A stretch of DNA of 63,760 nt, counting the filler, from Reclinomonas americana ATCC 50394 (lineage: Eukaryota): the NCBI GenBank assembly GCA_048213135.1. It is 20 parts of 20 records of this genome, joined end to end, with 100 filler letters (N's around TTAATTAATTAA, not from the genome) between each part and the next. Parts side by side here need not be neighbours in the genome. Positions count along the whole stretch, not along the records: positions 32,131 to 37,429 come from AFZH01019478.1; positions 37,530 to 40,831 come from AFZH01019479.1; positions 40,932 to 50,632 come from AFZH01019480.1; 17 more parts are not named here. One strand, given 5' to 3'. Both the position numbers and the translations under genes were made by a program. The notes beneath the pieces are model-generated. The model searched no databases. It was not told the origin of the DNA and was given only the letters and a program-made list of their open reading frames with translations. Positions 36,747 through 50,293 of the stretch are shown here, piece after piece; position 1 is the first letter of the stretch, and each line of letters opens with the position of its first letter.

Positions 36747-36893
36747 TCGACGTCGAACTTCGAAGTTCGCCGCTGCGCCCACTCTGCTGTCGCGCCCCAG
36801 TCGCACGAGATCGAGGATGATAGCAATACTACAAGTGCATCCCAACAAGCATCACAGCGACGAGCAACAAGTTCGACGTCGAAATTCGAATTT
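36747..36893 (+). promoter_or_regulatory. Two copies of candidate upstream element TCGACGTCGAA(C/A)TTCGAA
   Basis: TCGACGTCGAACTTCGAAGTTCG at 36747-36769 and TTCGACGTCGAAATTCGAATTT at 36872-36893, 150-290 bp upstream of the TRAPPC12 ATG. Confidence 0.45.
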
Positions 36894-37038
36894 GAATTCT
36901 CACTTGCAAGCTTTCACGTGCGATCCTGCACTCGCGCTTCCCTTACTCGTAACAAAAGGCATAGCAAAGAACTCTCTCTCTCTCTCTCTCTTTGTCGAAC
37001 TTCGCGGTCCCTATTTTCCTTCATCTTCTCCTTCTTCA

Positions 37039-37325
37039 ATGAGCGATCACCCTTCGTGGCGAGAATCAGCTGCCCGCGCCGGAGTTCCCGTGCCCAGCAG
37101 CAACTCCTCTTCCTCTGCCTCCTCTGCTGCGGCCATTGGAGTCAGTGCCAGTGGGCTGCTCAGACCACCTCCACTGCCACCTGTCAGTGGAGGAGGAGGA
37201 GGCACACTGAACTCGTTGCGTCTGTCTGTCTGTCTGTGTGAGTGTGTAAGAGGAGAGTGTGCTCATGCGCTGTGTGTGTGCGCAGGTTGACTAACATGGC
37301 TCGGGAGAGAAGGTACTGTGGGTAA

Positions 37326-37371
<46 letters not shown>

Positions 37372-37384
37372 GACGAACGACGAA

Positions 37385-37429
<45 letters not shown>

Positions 37430-37563
37430 NNNNNNNNNNNNNNNNNNNNNNNNNNNNNNNNNNNNNNNNNNNNTTAATTAATTAANNNNNNNNNNNNNNN
37501 NNNNNNNNNNNNNNNNNNNNNNNNNNNNNGAGAGAGAGAGAGAGAGAGAGCGACAACGCAAGG

Positions 37564-37596
<33 letters not shown>

Positions 37597-40500
37597 CACA
37601 CACACAGAGAGAAAGTGCATCGCCTTAGTCGTCGCTTTGTGACGCCTTTTCACGCCTAAGTCGTCGCCTGCACACACGCACTCACTCACTCACTCACTCA
37701 CTCACTCACTCACTCACTCACTCACTCACTCACTCGCCCACTCACTCACTCCCTCCCTCCCTCCCTCCTCCCTTCACAGCAACTCTGGCGGCTTGCACCC
37801 CCTCGACAACGGCTTCAACCCGCTGATGCCGCCCCCACCCCCCGCACCTCCCTCGAGTTCCCTTGCGCCTCCTCCTCCGCCTCCGCCTATTCCACACCCG
37901 CTGGCCATGGCCGCGGCCTCCATGGTGCTTCCGCCTCCTCCGCCTCTGTCGAGCAGCAGTGGAGCAGGAGCGCACCCGCCACTGCCTCCGCTGCCGCCAC
38001 TGCCGCCAATGGCGTCGGGAATGCCAACGTCGGCGACCATGTCGTCGTCGGCGTCGTCGGCGAGCAGCTTGTCGTCGCCCTCGGGAGGTGAGAGGGGGGA
38101 GAGAGGGAGAAGGGGTGCAGTCTGGACAAGAGCGCGAGGTAGAGAGAGAGGGAGGGAGGGAGAGAGAGAGAGAGAGCATAAGAAAACGAAGAGCGGGCAG
38201 TCAGAGGCGACAGACTGTGAGCGAGGGGCAAAGAGGACGACTTGGAGTTGTGTTGGACTACAAATTAGAGGAGAAAGGGATTGTGAGCGAGAGATCGGGG
38301 GTCACGTGGGAAGAGACAGAGATTGCTGAATGAGATCGAGAGCAGGCAACCAGAGGCGAGAGATTGTGAGCGAGGGCAAAAGAGGAAGACAGAGTGAGCG
38401 AGAGACTTAGAGTTGTGTTGGGCTACAAGAAAGATGAGAAAGGGATTGTGAGCGAGCGAGAGATCGGGGGTCACGTGAAAAGAGACAGAGAGACTGCGAA
38501 GTGAGAACGAAGGGCGGGTAGTCGGAGGCGATAGATTGTGAGCAAGGGCAAAGAGGAAGACAGAGTGAGCGAGAGACTTAGAGTTGTGTTGGACTACAAG
38601 AAAGATGAGAAAGGGATTGTGAGCGAGCGAGAGATCGGGGTCACATGAAAAGAGACTGAGAGATTGCGAAGTGAGAACGAGGGGCGGGCAGCCAGAGGCG
38701 ATAGATTGAGCGAGGGCAAAAGAGGAAGACCGAGAGTGTGCGAGAGACTTGGAGTATTGTTGGACTACAAGTAAGAGGAGAAAGGGATTGTGAGCGAGCG
38801 AGAGATCGGGGGTCACGTGGGAGAACGAAGGGCGGGTAGTCAGAGGCGATAGATTGTGAGCGAGGGCTAAGAGGAAGACCGAGAGTGCGCGAGAGACTTG
38901 GAGTTGTGTTGAACTTCAAGTAAGAGGAGAACGGGTTGTGAGCGACCGACAGAGCGAGCGAGTGAACAGAGGTCGCGCGAAGAGAGACAGAGATTGCGAA
39001 ATACAATGAAGGACAGACAACCAGAGGCGGTGGACTTTGAGCGAAATAGAGTGTGAACAAGAGATCGGGGGCCACATAAGGCGAGGCAGAGAGCGTAAAC
39101 AGAAGTAGAACGATCCTTGTCGTCTTTAAGCATTTGGTATGGAACGAATTGAAGCACTCGGCACAGATATGTGCACAAGAGGAGACCGAGAGACGTTGAG
39201 AATCCATCGATAGCGACAGCGTGCACAGTGCGTTTCTTGAAGTTGTTGCTGCTGCTCACTTTGCTTGCCGCAGTGTATGGAGCCAAGGAGTTCCTCGGGG
39301 TCAAGGATCTACCGTTCTTGCCGCTGCCGAACTCGGATACGGTGCCGCATACGCTGGATGGCATTGTGCGACTCATGGTTCGTTACTGTGTGTCAACAGT
39401 GGGAGGGAGGGCATTGTGGTGCTGTGTGAGAGAGAAAGAGGGACCGACTGACCGAGGGGATGAGCGTGACTATTTCTTTTTGACTGTCTCACTGTCTCAC
39501 TGTCTCCTCTTCCCCCTTTCCCTTTCCCCACCGCGCAGCGCTTTGGAAGATGGACAGACATCACCCGAGTGGCCGAATTCGCGACACAGACGAGTGCAGG
39601 CGCCGCGGCGGCATCGCACACCGTCACACTCTCCGATTCGCCATTGTGGGCCATTGCGGCGCGTGTACTGGCACTGGTGCGCTTGCGAAAGTTGGACTCG
39701 GCGGAGACGGAGTTGACGATGGTGGCGGCCGAGTACTTTTCGGATGAGGTGGTGCGCTTGTCGGACACGCATCCGAGGCGAGTGGGCGAGCCGCCTCTCG
39801 GAAACACGGTGGAGTTTGATCACGGTGAGTGGAGGAGAAGGGAGGAGAAGGGAGAAGGAGCTTCGTGGCTGCCGACCCCTTGCTATTTTTTCTTCTTATT
39901 CCCTCTCCTTCCTGCATTTGTGGCGTCGGTTACGCTGGTCTCTCCTGCACTCTGACTGTCTGTTTGTGTGTGCCTCCCCCTTCTCGCGGTCACATCTCTT
40001 TCCTCTGCTATGTCTCTCCCCCTGTCGGTGTGTGTCTGTCCTTTTCTTCCTGCTTCGTTATCTCGAGTTCACATTTGTCGCTCCTCTTTCACTTTCACTC
40101 GCTCTTGTCTTTCTCTCGAGTTTCATGTCTCGGCAAAGACACTTCTCTCTCCCTCTCCCTTTTCCTTATCCTTGCTCCCTCTTTGCAGTCGCGGAACTCT
40201 CGCTCTTCACCCTCCGCCTCCTGTGGGCCGAATTCCCCGCATTGCGCCTCTCCCGAGAGGAATCCATCGATCGCCTCCACCGCGTCGCCTTGTTGTGTCA
40301 CGACCGCCTCGCCTGGGCGTCCGCCAATGTCGCCGAAGACGACACGCAAGGTGAGCAAATGATCCACTCCCTTCTCCCCGTATCTCCTCTCCTCCTCTCA
40401 CCCCCTCCCCTCACCACGCAGACTCGGCCAACGCGCTCGGCGACGACCCTCTCAGCAAATCGAACAAGGGCGGCGACGACGACTGGCTGGAGGAGAGCGA

Positions 40501-42290
40501 CATTGATCCGCTGTCGCGGCCGGGTCACGCGTTTGCGGCCGAGTCGCACTCGGAGGGCTCCGAATCGCGCTCGCTGGTGGCCCTGTGGGGCCGACGCATC
40601 GTGTGGGTGGCCAAGCGCCTGTGCTCCATTTACTTGGCCAACAACGACGTGCGAGCGGCCATTGATGCCGCCGATTCGAGCGCCGCGGTGTTGGGCTCCC
40701 ACCTGGCTGTCGGGCATCGGTGCGTCTGTCCACGAAGAGAGAGAGAAAAGTAGTGTTTGCTGACTTTATGTCTCCCCAGATCGTTGATGCCACACTGGCG
40801 GCACTTGACGTCGGAGAAGGGGCGGATATTGNNNNNNNNNNNNNNNNNNNNNNNNNNNNNNNNNNNNNNNNNNNNTTAATTAATTAANNNNNNNNNNNNN
40901 NNNNNNNNNNNNNNNNNNNNNNNNNNNNNNNTTGCAGCTCGGCGATCAAGTGAGTGCGGAGACGGTGTTCCGACAGGTGGAGGACACGGTCAAGGATGGT
41001 GTGGAGGTGGCGCTACTGCACATGAATCGGTGAGTGACGAGGGCAGGAGGAGGAGGAGAGAGCGGGAGAGAAAGAGAGGGAAACTGAGAGACAAATGAGG
41101 TGAGCGAAGGATATGAGAAGAGAGAGTGAGAAAGACAGAGAGAAAAGGATGAGAGACGGAGTTCCGTGGTGACGTATCGAACGAGAAAGAATGGGAAAGA
41201 GGTGACAGAACAACTCTTTGTCGCCGACTTCCTCCTGCCTCATTTCTTCATTCGCCATTCTTGGTGTATCTTAGGTTCGTGCTAATCTATCTCCTTCCTC
41301 AGCGTTATTCACCAACGCCGTGAGCGTCTAGTCTCCGTTGACTATTTATTTGCAATCGTCGATAGACCTCTTCCTCCTTTCTGCATTCGTCAGCTTCTTG
41401 TCCACGGTCTGTCTGTGTCAGCTCCGTCTTCCCCCCTTTGTTCTTGCCATCCACGCCATATCCACAATACCTCACTTCTCCTTCCCCTTCCTCCCTTCTC
41501 CACCCCCTGCCCCCTCTCTCCCCCTTCCCCCTCTCTCCCCCCTTCCCTTCCCTTCCCCCTTTTCTGCATTTGTCAGCTTGCTGTCTTCTATGCCCGTTTG
41601 TGTCTGTTCTCTGTGAGTCTGTTGACAGCGCCTTCTTCTACGTGTCTGCCTTTGTCAGACTCTCGTCTCATGCTCGTCTTTGCTCGCTCCGTCTTCCTCC
41701 TACTGCATTCATCAGCTTGCTGTCATGTCTGCTCCCTTTGAATACGTTGACAGAGCCTTGTTTCTCGTTCTGCATTCGCCAGCTACTTGTGTTCTTCCCT
41801 TCCGTACGTCATCCGCACCATATTAGCCTTTCTCTGGCTCTTCGCTAACTGAGTTCCCTTTGCCGATGGGCAACTCCACATAATCTCACTCTCCCTTCCC
41901 CCTTTCCCCCTTTCCCATCCCTTCCCCCCTTCCCCTTTCCCTCTCTGCCCTCGTTGCAGCGGCCTGCTCTTCTTCGCCCGCAGCGAATTCGAGGCCGCCG
42001 AGCGCAGCTTCCAGCGCGCCCAAGAACTCGACCCCTCCAACATTGCCGCCTGCAACAACCGCGCCCTCTCACTCATGTACCAACTCAAGGGCCCCGAAGC
42101 GCTGGCCGTGCTCGAGTCAATGCTGCGCGCCGACCCAATTCGGCACACGGACCCGTGGCTCGTCAAGAACCTGTGCACGCTGTACGAGGTGCAGAGTCCG
42201 AAAGCGCGCGAGAAAAAGGTGGCGGTCGCCAGTCTCGTGCGTCTGTATGCGCCCGACGACTTTCCCTACGGCGTGCTGAAGCTCGACTGA
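37039..42290 (+). CDS. TRAPPC12: Trafficking protein particle complex subunit 12 (TTC15), TPR protein with Pro/Ser-rich N-terminus
   Basis: LALVRLRKLDSAETEL; LFTLRLLWAEFP..ESIDRLH; LQLGD..AETVFRQVE; MNRGLLFF; NIAACNNRALSLMY; LVKNLCTLYEV..AREKK..PDDF; TGA at 42288-42290. Confidence 0.88.
38200..38960. repeat. ~170-bp tandem repeat (4-5 copies) in TRAPPC12 intron 38088-39273
   Basis: GAGATCGGGGGTCAC recurs near 38291, 38460, 38631, 38802, with conserved GGATTGTGAGCGAG and GAGTTGTGTTGG blocks. Confidence 0.88.
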
Positions 42291-42374
42291 GGGTGGAAGG
42301 AGTAGGGGAACCACGCAGCATGCCGTGAATGAAAGAGAACTGCAATCTGCAAAAAGTGATTTTGTCATTCATTG

Positions 42375-44218
42375 TCACTGTGCTCGTCGAGTACCGCTAT
42401 AGTCAATCACATGCAAGAGAGAGCTGCCGCCGCCGGCCACCAGTACGTCACTGGACGCCGCCACACTGTAAATCGGCAAGCGCGAATCGTCCTGCAGGAG
42501 CAGCACGGGCTCGGAGCCGCGCACGCCAGGGTCGACGCGATAGACGCCGCCGGTCATGGTGCCGGCCAGGATCTTGACTTCATCAATCTGTGCGTAAGTT
42601 GTAGGAGGTGGTCAGTGATCGCCCTTTCACAGTGGACTCTTCCGCACGCACCGTCACTGTGGCCAGGTCCGGCACCTCGGTCCACTGGATGGTGCTGTCG
42701 GCGCGGCGCAAATCAAACACGCGCAGTATGTTGTCGGCACAGGCTGTCACTGCCACATTGCCAATGACATCGCACGAAAACACGGTGCCGCGGTAGGCGC
42801 CGGCGCCAAACACACGCACATTGCAGTTGGCACGCAGATCGCTGAGGGTGACCAGTCGCGACCTCGACGCAGTCACCACGCAGTGCGGCAGCGCGTAGCG
42901 CACCGTGTACAAAAAGTCGTCGGGGATCACCGGCAGCTCTTGCGTCAGCGTCTCCGTGTCGAGATCCCACAGCATCACCGAGCGGCCGACCGCCGCCACG
43001 GCTGACACGCCATCGGAGCGCACCGATGAGGCGGGGCGGCCTGTGGGAGGAGGAGGAGGAGGGTGTTGAATGAAAAGGAAAGGGGAGTGAGAGATGATGA
43101 GCGCGTGGGTACCTTCGGCGGCGCACGCAAAAGAAGCCAGCTGACCGCCGACACTCCACATGCGCACAGTGCGGTCGGCGCCGGCCGTCAGCAGCATGCT
43201 TCCGTCGGGCGAGAATGTGGCGTCGTTGAGGCCGCCCTGCAGGTGGTGGGGAGGGGGTGAGGAGGAGGTGAAAGAAAAAACTGGGGAAACTGGATGACAC
43301 TCTCACCCTGTGTCCACCAAACAGCAACACCTGCTCCGGCGCCTCGGCAGTGAACAAATCAAAGACGCGAATGCGGCGATCGTTGCCGCACACGGCCACT
43401 CGGTCGGCGACAGGCGACAGCGCCACAGTGGAGATGTGTGCGGCCATCTCCTGCCGCTGCCGAATGAGACTGTCGGTGGCGAGCACGCGGCCGCCACCTG
43501 GCACCATGCGCGTGTCGGCAATGTGCGCGGCGCGGCAGAGGACCGACCATGTGCGGGCCTCGGCGAAGAGGTGTTGAGTGGGGATGGTGCTGTGTGGGGG
43601 GAAGGAGAGGAGGGCGAAGGGGGGGAGGGAGGGTAATGGTCCATGAGAATACGCTGTATACAAAGAGAGACGGGGTTGTGCGAGAGAGAGAGAGAGAGAG
43701 AGAGAAGACCACGAGAACACACTGCATTTGATCGCCAGCACAGAGAGAAATGAAGAAAAGTTTCATGACCTGCTTATTTGTACGCCTCGTGAGAGAGAGA
43801 GAGAGAGAGGCTCGTAAGATCAACAGCAGAGAGTACAAATCCCACGAGCAAAGCACAGGGCGAAAGAAGAGCATTCGTACTGCTATCTTCATACCCCAAC
43901 AATCCTCGTGTGCGTGAGAGACAGAGAGCACACTGGCCTCGCTCACCAGCACAGAAACAGAGAAAGAAGACCTTTCGTGACCTGCAATCTTCATACGCCA
44001 CTATCCTCGCAAGCATGATCAACAGCAAATCGCCAAGCATGATCAACAGCAAAGCGCAACACAGTCTACCGTTCCCCCCACAATCGTGGAGACAGAAAGA
44101 GAGATCAACTGCTCAGTGCACCTTGGCTGTGAGAGCCTCTGCTCGCCAGAATAGAGAGAAAGAACGGAGAGCACAGCTCTGCCGACAAACCCCAACACAC
44201 ATCGTGTGTCAGAATGAG

Positions 44219-44249
<31 letters not shown>

Positions 44250-45252
44250 CGAGCAACTGAAGAGCGCATCAATCCCACGTGGAAAAGAACAGGGAGAAGA
44301 ATGAATACCTGATACCCCAACAATCCTCGCGCGAGAGAGGGAGAGAGAGAACCACACACGGTCATCTTCAGAGCACACCAATCCCGACGACGCATGTGCT
44401 CACAAGCATAAAAGGAGAGATCTATCCGTACTGGCCTCCTCTGTCGACCGAACCCCTATACACCTCCTGCGAGAGAGAGGAGAGAACCACGCAAGCTGAA
44501 CAACAGATCTTACCAAACCCCAAGATCAAGTTACCTGTGCTCACCAGCATGGAAGCAGAGCTTTCTGCGCAGTGATCACTATCTCTCTACAGAACCCTAA
44601 CACTCCTCCCTTTCCTCTTTCCCCTTTCCCTTCCCTTCCATCCCCCTTCCCCCCTCCCTTCCCCCTCTTACTCAACGACTCCGGCACCTGCTGCACCGGC
44701 ACCACCACCTGCCTCCCCGCCACTCCCTGCTGATCCACGGGAGGCGGATCGGGCTTGGCAAAGCGCGGATCGGCCTCCCACATAATCGCCCTTCGCCGCC
44801 CGATCGCCCTCTGCAGCACCGCACATCCCAGCTGCGGCCAGGCGACTGGCGCAGACAAACATGGCACGTCATCATCTCTGCCATTGTCTGCCTCTCGCTG
44901 CGTGCTCCACTCGCGCAGCAGTCGTCGAGTGTCGTCTTCTGCGTGAGCGCGCGAGAGGTCCACAGTCACGCGTGCGCCACTGGTGAGAGAGGCGAGGTGG
45001 CGGGCGACTAGCATGGGGTTTGTGTGGAGGAGGAGCTCGCGCCAGAGGTCGGCGTTGGTGTCGATCACGTCTGTGGTGAGAGGTGCGGTGGGTGATCGCG
45101 CGCGAAAAAAAACACACTGGAGACGGGTGTGTGTGTGTGTGACCTTTGTATTCTCTGCTGAGGATGCGCAGACGAGTGAGGTCGTTGATGGGGAGGTATT
45201 TGCACACGAGGAGCCAGAGGTCGCTGGGAAAGGAGAGGCCGAGGGCTTGCAT
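42375..45252 (-). CDS. F-box/WD40-repeat protein
   Basis: F-box LSFPSDLWLLVCKYLPINDLTRLRILSREYK|DVIDTNADLWRELL; WD repeats ISTVALSPVADRVAVCGNDRRIRVFD, GHR|GGLNDATFSPDGSMLLTAGADRTVRMW, AVTACADNILRVFDLR; phase-compatible introns. Confidence 0.85.
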
Positions 45253-45967
45253 GATGATGACTTGAGCAAAATAAAAATGAGACAAGTGGCACGTGACAAA
45301 AAGGAGGACGTGGTGGGTTGTGAGGTGGGTGTGTCGTGGTGAGCCAGTGAGCGGGGAGATGAGGGCCATTAGCATTGATGGTGCGAGAGAGAGAGACAGT
45401 CTTGCGAAGTTGATGTCGACGTTCGAGGTGGTGGAAGCTCTGCATGTCCATCGCGGAAAGTGGTGCTATTACTTGGAGCACAGTGCATTGGAGAAGGGAT
45501 CATGAGGTCAGTAGTCAGGCTCCGGAAGCTGCGTGTCAGCTGCTGCGCGTTAGCCGGCGAGCTCGCGAATTCGAATTCGAAGCACGAGTTCGAATCCGAC
45601 TACAACATTCAACCAACAGACAAGCTCTTGAGGACCAAGTCCAACTAAACCCGAAACGAACTCAAAAAACGTCTTGAGGGCAGCACGGTTTACTTGAGCG
45701 AGTGTTCGCAATCGCGATATCGACGTCAAAGCTTCGAACAAGTCGAAAACTTCGATTGCACACTCGCTCGGAAGTGCTGCCACGACTGTGTCTTCCTCAT
45801 GGAAAGGCCGTCTGCGGAAGCACTGTAATACAGGCAGACCTCCGCGGAAAACTGCAGACGAAATTGACTCGGGTTCGAACGCTTCGGTTTCGATATCGAA
45901 TTCAAACAGCTGTGGAGAAGATTGCCTGTGATGTGAGTACATGTGAGCGAGAGAGAGACACACACAA

Positions 45968-46054
<87 letters not shown>

Positions 46055-46518
46055 CTTTTCCCAAAGAACAAACACGCCTCTTGGAAGTACGCAGTACTGC
46101 GGAACTCCATGGCTGCTCACAGCTGGCACAGGAGGCGAATTCTTCAGCCCTTTGCAGCTGGCCATGGATTTCGAGGTGTACTTAAGACAGCTGTTGCTTG
46201 TTTGTTGGTGAATGAATTGTTGTTGTTGCTTCTCGTACTGTTTCTGAGATGCCTCAGTTTCTGGTGCTAGCTCAACGTGGCCATCATGCCCTTTGGATAC
46301 GCACAGTGGACGCTGTTGTAGTCCGCAACTGCATGCGAATGCCAGCTGCCCTGCAATTCGAATTCCGATTTCTCCTCCGGATCCACTCACTTCGCCTCAC
46401 ACGCCACCTACACTAGAACAGAAGGCGACACCACCTCGCCCCACCAGCTGCCTTTCTTCTCCCCACTTCCACCAATTCCACTCAACCAATTTTCCCGCCA
46501 ATCTCACTCACTCTTTCG

Positions 46519-47001
46519 ATGCTTGCCGAGGACGACCTCTCGGCCTTCCTGCACACACACGCTCCATGGCTGACACCCACCTCTGACGACCCTCACACCC
46601 TCGCCTCCTCTTGCATAAGTCCTCTCCATTGCGCCTTCTTTGTGGAAGAGGACTCGTCACGCGCTGCTGCTTCTGCTGCGTGTGAGCAAGTCGAGTCACT
46701 GTCGTATGTGATCCGCACCAGTCAGCAGTCACACTCGCAGGCGGAGGATGATGATGATGATGAAATGGAGGAGGAAGGGGTGAAAGGGGGCGAAGAAGAA
46801 GGGGAGGAGATGACGACGACGACAATGACGACGACAATGATGACGGTGACCAAGGTGGTGCGACTGGAGAGCTCGAGTGGGAGGCTCAAGAAGGGCAGGA
46901 AAAGGGATGCTGAGGTGGAGAAGAATGGGGAGAGACGGGCAGTCATGTTTTCGTCGGTGTCGTCGCAGTACTTGGTGAGTGCGAAGGAGGGGATGGGAGG
47001 G

Positions 47002-47043
<42 letters not shown>

Positions 47044-48669
47044 AGAAGGGCAGGAGAAGGATGCTGAGGTGGAGAAGAATGGGGAGAGGCAAGCAGTCGT
47101 GTCGGCGTCGTCGCAGTACTTGGTGAGTGCGAAGGGCGGCAAGGGGGAAAGAGAGTGAGAGACACAAGAAGGGCAGGAAAAGGGATGGTTATGTGGAGAA
47201 GAACGGGGAAAGACGGACAGTCATGTTTCGTCGGTGTAGTGGCAGTACTTTTGACGAGGGGCGAAGGGAATGCAAGGGCACTGCCACTGAGAATCGAACA
47301 GTGAGGAGCGTGGAGAAGTGTAGGGTGAGTTCTTGGCGAGTCAGGGGGACCTTGACAGAGAACAGAGAGCGCTGATAGGAGAGGGAGACTGGAGGCGCAA
47401 GGTGGGCATGAAAAGGGATGCTGATACGGAGAACAACGGGGAGAGAGGGGCGGTTGCTGAACCATCGACTTGCCTTGCCCTCTCACTCTCATTTCCTCCC
47501 AGGCCGCCGAACTCGCCTCGGTTCCGGATTCGTTGCGTGGCCTTTTCCACTGCTGCGCTTGTCGCACTGAACGCTCACATCTCCAGTCCGCACAGTGGCG
47601 TGTACCTCCGTCTAGAGCGGTCGTGGTACGCCATGCATCTCAGTCGGCCACCTCTCGTGAAACTTGTCACGCGGCGCGTTGGCGCTGGTTTGCGGATTAT
47701 TCTCTCGTTCAATCGTGCTGTGTGACTCACCGGTACTTTGCCGCAGTCTCGATACCCGCCGTGGCGTTGGACTTTGACGGTGGTTTGCGAATGCAGCTCT
47801 TTGCTGCGAGTGCGGTGGAGGACAAGGCACTCTCTGCCGATGTCAACAAGAGGTTTGTGCCTGGGGCGAATCGGGTGTGCGTCTCGACGCGTCCTATGGT
47901 GGAGACTCACATCATCTGCTTGACTGACAGAGTACTGGGCGTGCTGGTGCCACACTTCACCGAGCTCGCGGAACACGGCGGTGGTGCATTACCGTCACAA
48001 ACCGCAAGCAGGAAACGAATACGGGACGCAGCGGCCGGTGACCTTGGCGTTGAGGAACGTGCGTACTTCCATGCAGGCTGCCACACTCGCCCTCTTTTGT
48101 CGTTTGGCCTTTCTCTGCAGCCTGGTCATTGTTTTTCTCTCTTTCCCTCCTTCTCTTTGTCTGCATCGCTCAACCCTTCCTCGCGTTATGTTTTTTCGTT
48201 CTTTCTCTCTCTTTTTGCTCTCATTCAACTTGGCTGCATCGCTCACTCTCTGCTCACTGTCCACATTTCTTGTCGTCCTCTCTTCTTCCTCCTCATCCAT
48301 CTCTCTTCGTTCCGAATCACTCAGCTCTCACTTGCTCAATCGTAAATCCTTCCTGCCTTCTTCCACGCTTATCTGTTTTCTTGCTTGCTCGCAGTCGCTC
48401 TCTCTCTCTCCACGGTCTCCTCTTCCGCATGTCTTCCATCTCCTGTTTTTGTGTTTGTCTGCATCACTCAAGCCTTCCTCGCTCAATCATCATTCCTTTT
48501 CCCTCGTCCTCGTCGGCTTTCACCCTCCGCTCTTGACTTGGTTGCTTGCAGTCGCTCGCTTCTCCCTCTTGTTTCCTCTCTCCTCGGTCTGTTTAAATTT
48601 GTCTCCAGTACTCAACCCTTCCTCGTTCTCTCATCGTTCCTTCTTCCTCTTCCACCCACCGCTCTTGTC

Positions 48670-48718
<49 letters not shown>

Positions 48719-50293
48719 GTTCTCTCCTTCACCCTCCTTGTGCTTGTGTAAATCATCGTCCTCTTCCATCCACCTGTTTTCCTTTTCCTCCCCCCTCTCC
48801 TTCTTCTTCTTCTCCTCCTCCCCTCTCTCCTCCTCATCCTTTCCCTCACCCCCCTCCCCCTTACACAGCCCCCGAGAAACGCCGCTCCGGCGCCACCAGC
48901 TGCATGATAACGCAGACACCGGCACCATGGACACAAGTTATCAGCGGTGCGCAGTATTATTTCAAATGCCCTCCTCCTCCTCCTCCTCCTCCTCCTCCTC
49001 AACCCTCCTCTTTTTCAGCGTCCGCCTCTAGCGAGGCAGATTTCACGCGCCAGCTGCAACAAGTGTTGTCCCGCATGCCTCCTGCTCGGCCCGGCATCCA
49101 CGATGTGCCTCCCGCTCCGTGTGCATGCTCGGCACGCTGTGGACCTGCGCGCCTCTTCAAGTGCAGTCCATTTTGTTGTGTTGCAGACCGAGGTTCGTGC
49201 TCACATTCTCTCTCCTCCTTCTCTGCCACACCACTCATCGTTTGAGTGCTCTCCAGCTATCATGTATGACCGACGGTTTGAGAGTGCACGACCTGTGCCC
49301 ACGACTGAGGAGGTAACAACTGTGGCCGCACACTTGCCGCGCGACGTGCCCGGCCAGTGGCTCTCCGCGGTCGGGGCTCTGTGTCGCACGGCTGTTCGCG
49401 ATGCTACGGAGACCGAGCGAGGCCTGCCTGTCGATCAGTTTCGGCAGCAGTCTCTCACATTCTCTCTCTCTCTCTCTCTCTCTCACTCTCTCTGCCTCCC
49501 AGTCCCTCAGTCTCCATCCCTCTCGTGCACGCTCCCTCTCTTGCTATCGCTGATCTCCCTCTCCTCTTTCTTCTCCTTCGCCACTCTCTCCGTCTCCTGT
49601 CCCTCCCTCTTTCTCACACACACTGCCTCACAGTCCCTTGATCTCGACTCCCTCTTTCTTCTCCTTCTCTCTCTTCGCCTCTCTCCCACTCTTCGCCAAT
49701 CCGCATCTCTGCCTCTCAGTCCCTCAGTTTCCATCCCTTTCATGCACACTCTCTTTCTTTCCCCACTCTCTCTCTCATTCGTCGCCAATCTCCGAGTGTG
49801 CCTTGCTGTGTCTCAGTCTTCATCCCTCTCACGCGAGCGTCCCCTGTTCCCGTACCTCTTCCTCTCTTGCTATCTCTGATCTCAACCTCCTCTTTCCTTT
49901 CCTTCTTCTTCTTCTTCGCTGCTATCCCTCTCTTTCCCGTCGCTGACATGCACCTCCCCTCCTGTTTCTCCTTAGATGGACTGCCGCGCTGGACGGACTT
50001 ACCGCCACCACGCTCTCACCAACCGCGAGAGCCACTCTTTGCCAGGCACGAATGGACGTGCTGCACTCGGCTCTCCGCCAGCAGCGATTGGAGACAGCCG
50101 GCAGCTGGCAGGCGGAGCTTGAGTGGGTGAGAAGCCGAGTCTTGCCACACAACAGTCGGCAGATATGACTAACATCAACGATGATCCGCCAGTGGGACAA
50201 CTGGTTGCAGCTCGACATACTGGAGACACTATGCGCCGCAGGCAGTGGATGCACTGCACAGCCTCCACCACCACCACCACCACCACCACATGA
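46519..50293 (+). CDS. Hypothetical multi-exon protein (structure not resolved)
   Basis: Coding-like blocks at ~46519-46700, 47502-47625, 47747-48060, 48869-48946, 49258-49312 and 49977-50127 flanked by plausible AG/GT sites and pyrimidine-rich introns. Confidence 0.35.
46888..47235. repeat. Three degenerate direct repeats of ~100 bp
   Basis: AAGAAGGGCAGGA(A/G)AAGG(G)ATG..GTGGAGAAGAA(T/C)GGGGA..CAGTC..TCGG near 46888, 47043, 47166. Confidence 0.75.

Noticed and set aside
38200..38960. Regular repeats as a CRISPR-like array
   Set aside because: Whole units repeat without unique spacers, in a eukaryotic intron with no cas genes
14268..42290. Possible stop-codon reassignment
   Set aside because: TAG (14270, 22588, 34839), TGA (7477, 22677, 42290) and TAA (14933) all end genes, and apparent in-frame stops fall inside introns
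22677..42290. GBF1 and TRAPPC12 as a functional trafficking cluster
   Set aside because: Only two genes, separated by unrelated genes; chance proximity is sufficient
45370..46390. Possible minus-strand gene (also fragments at 4056-4281 and 18971-19234)
   Set aside because: Some coding-like stretches, but I could not build a consistent spliced model or recognise a family
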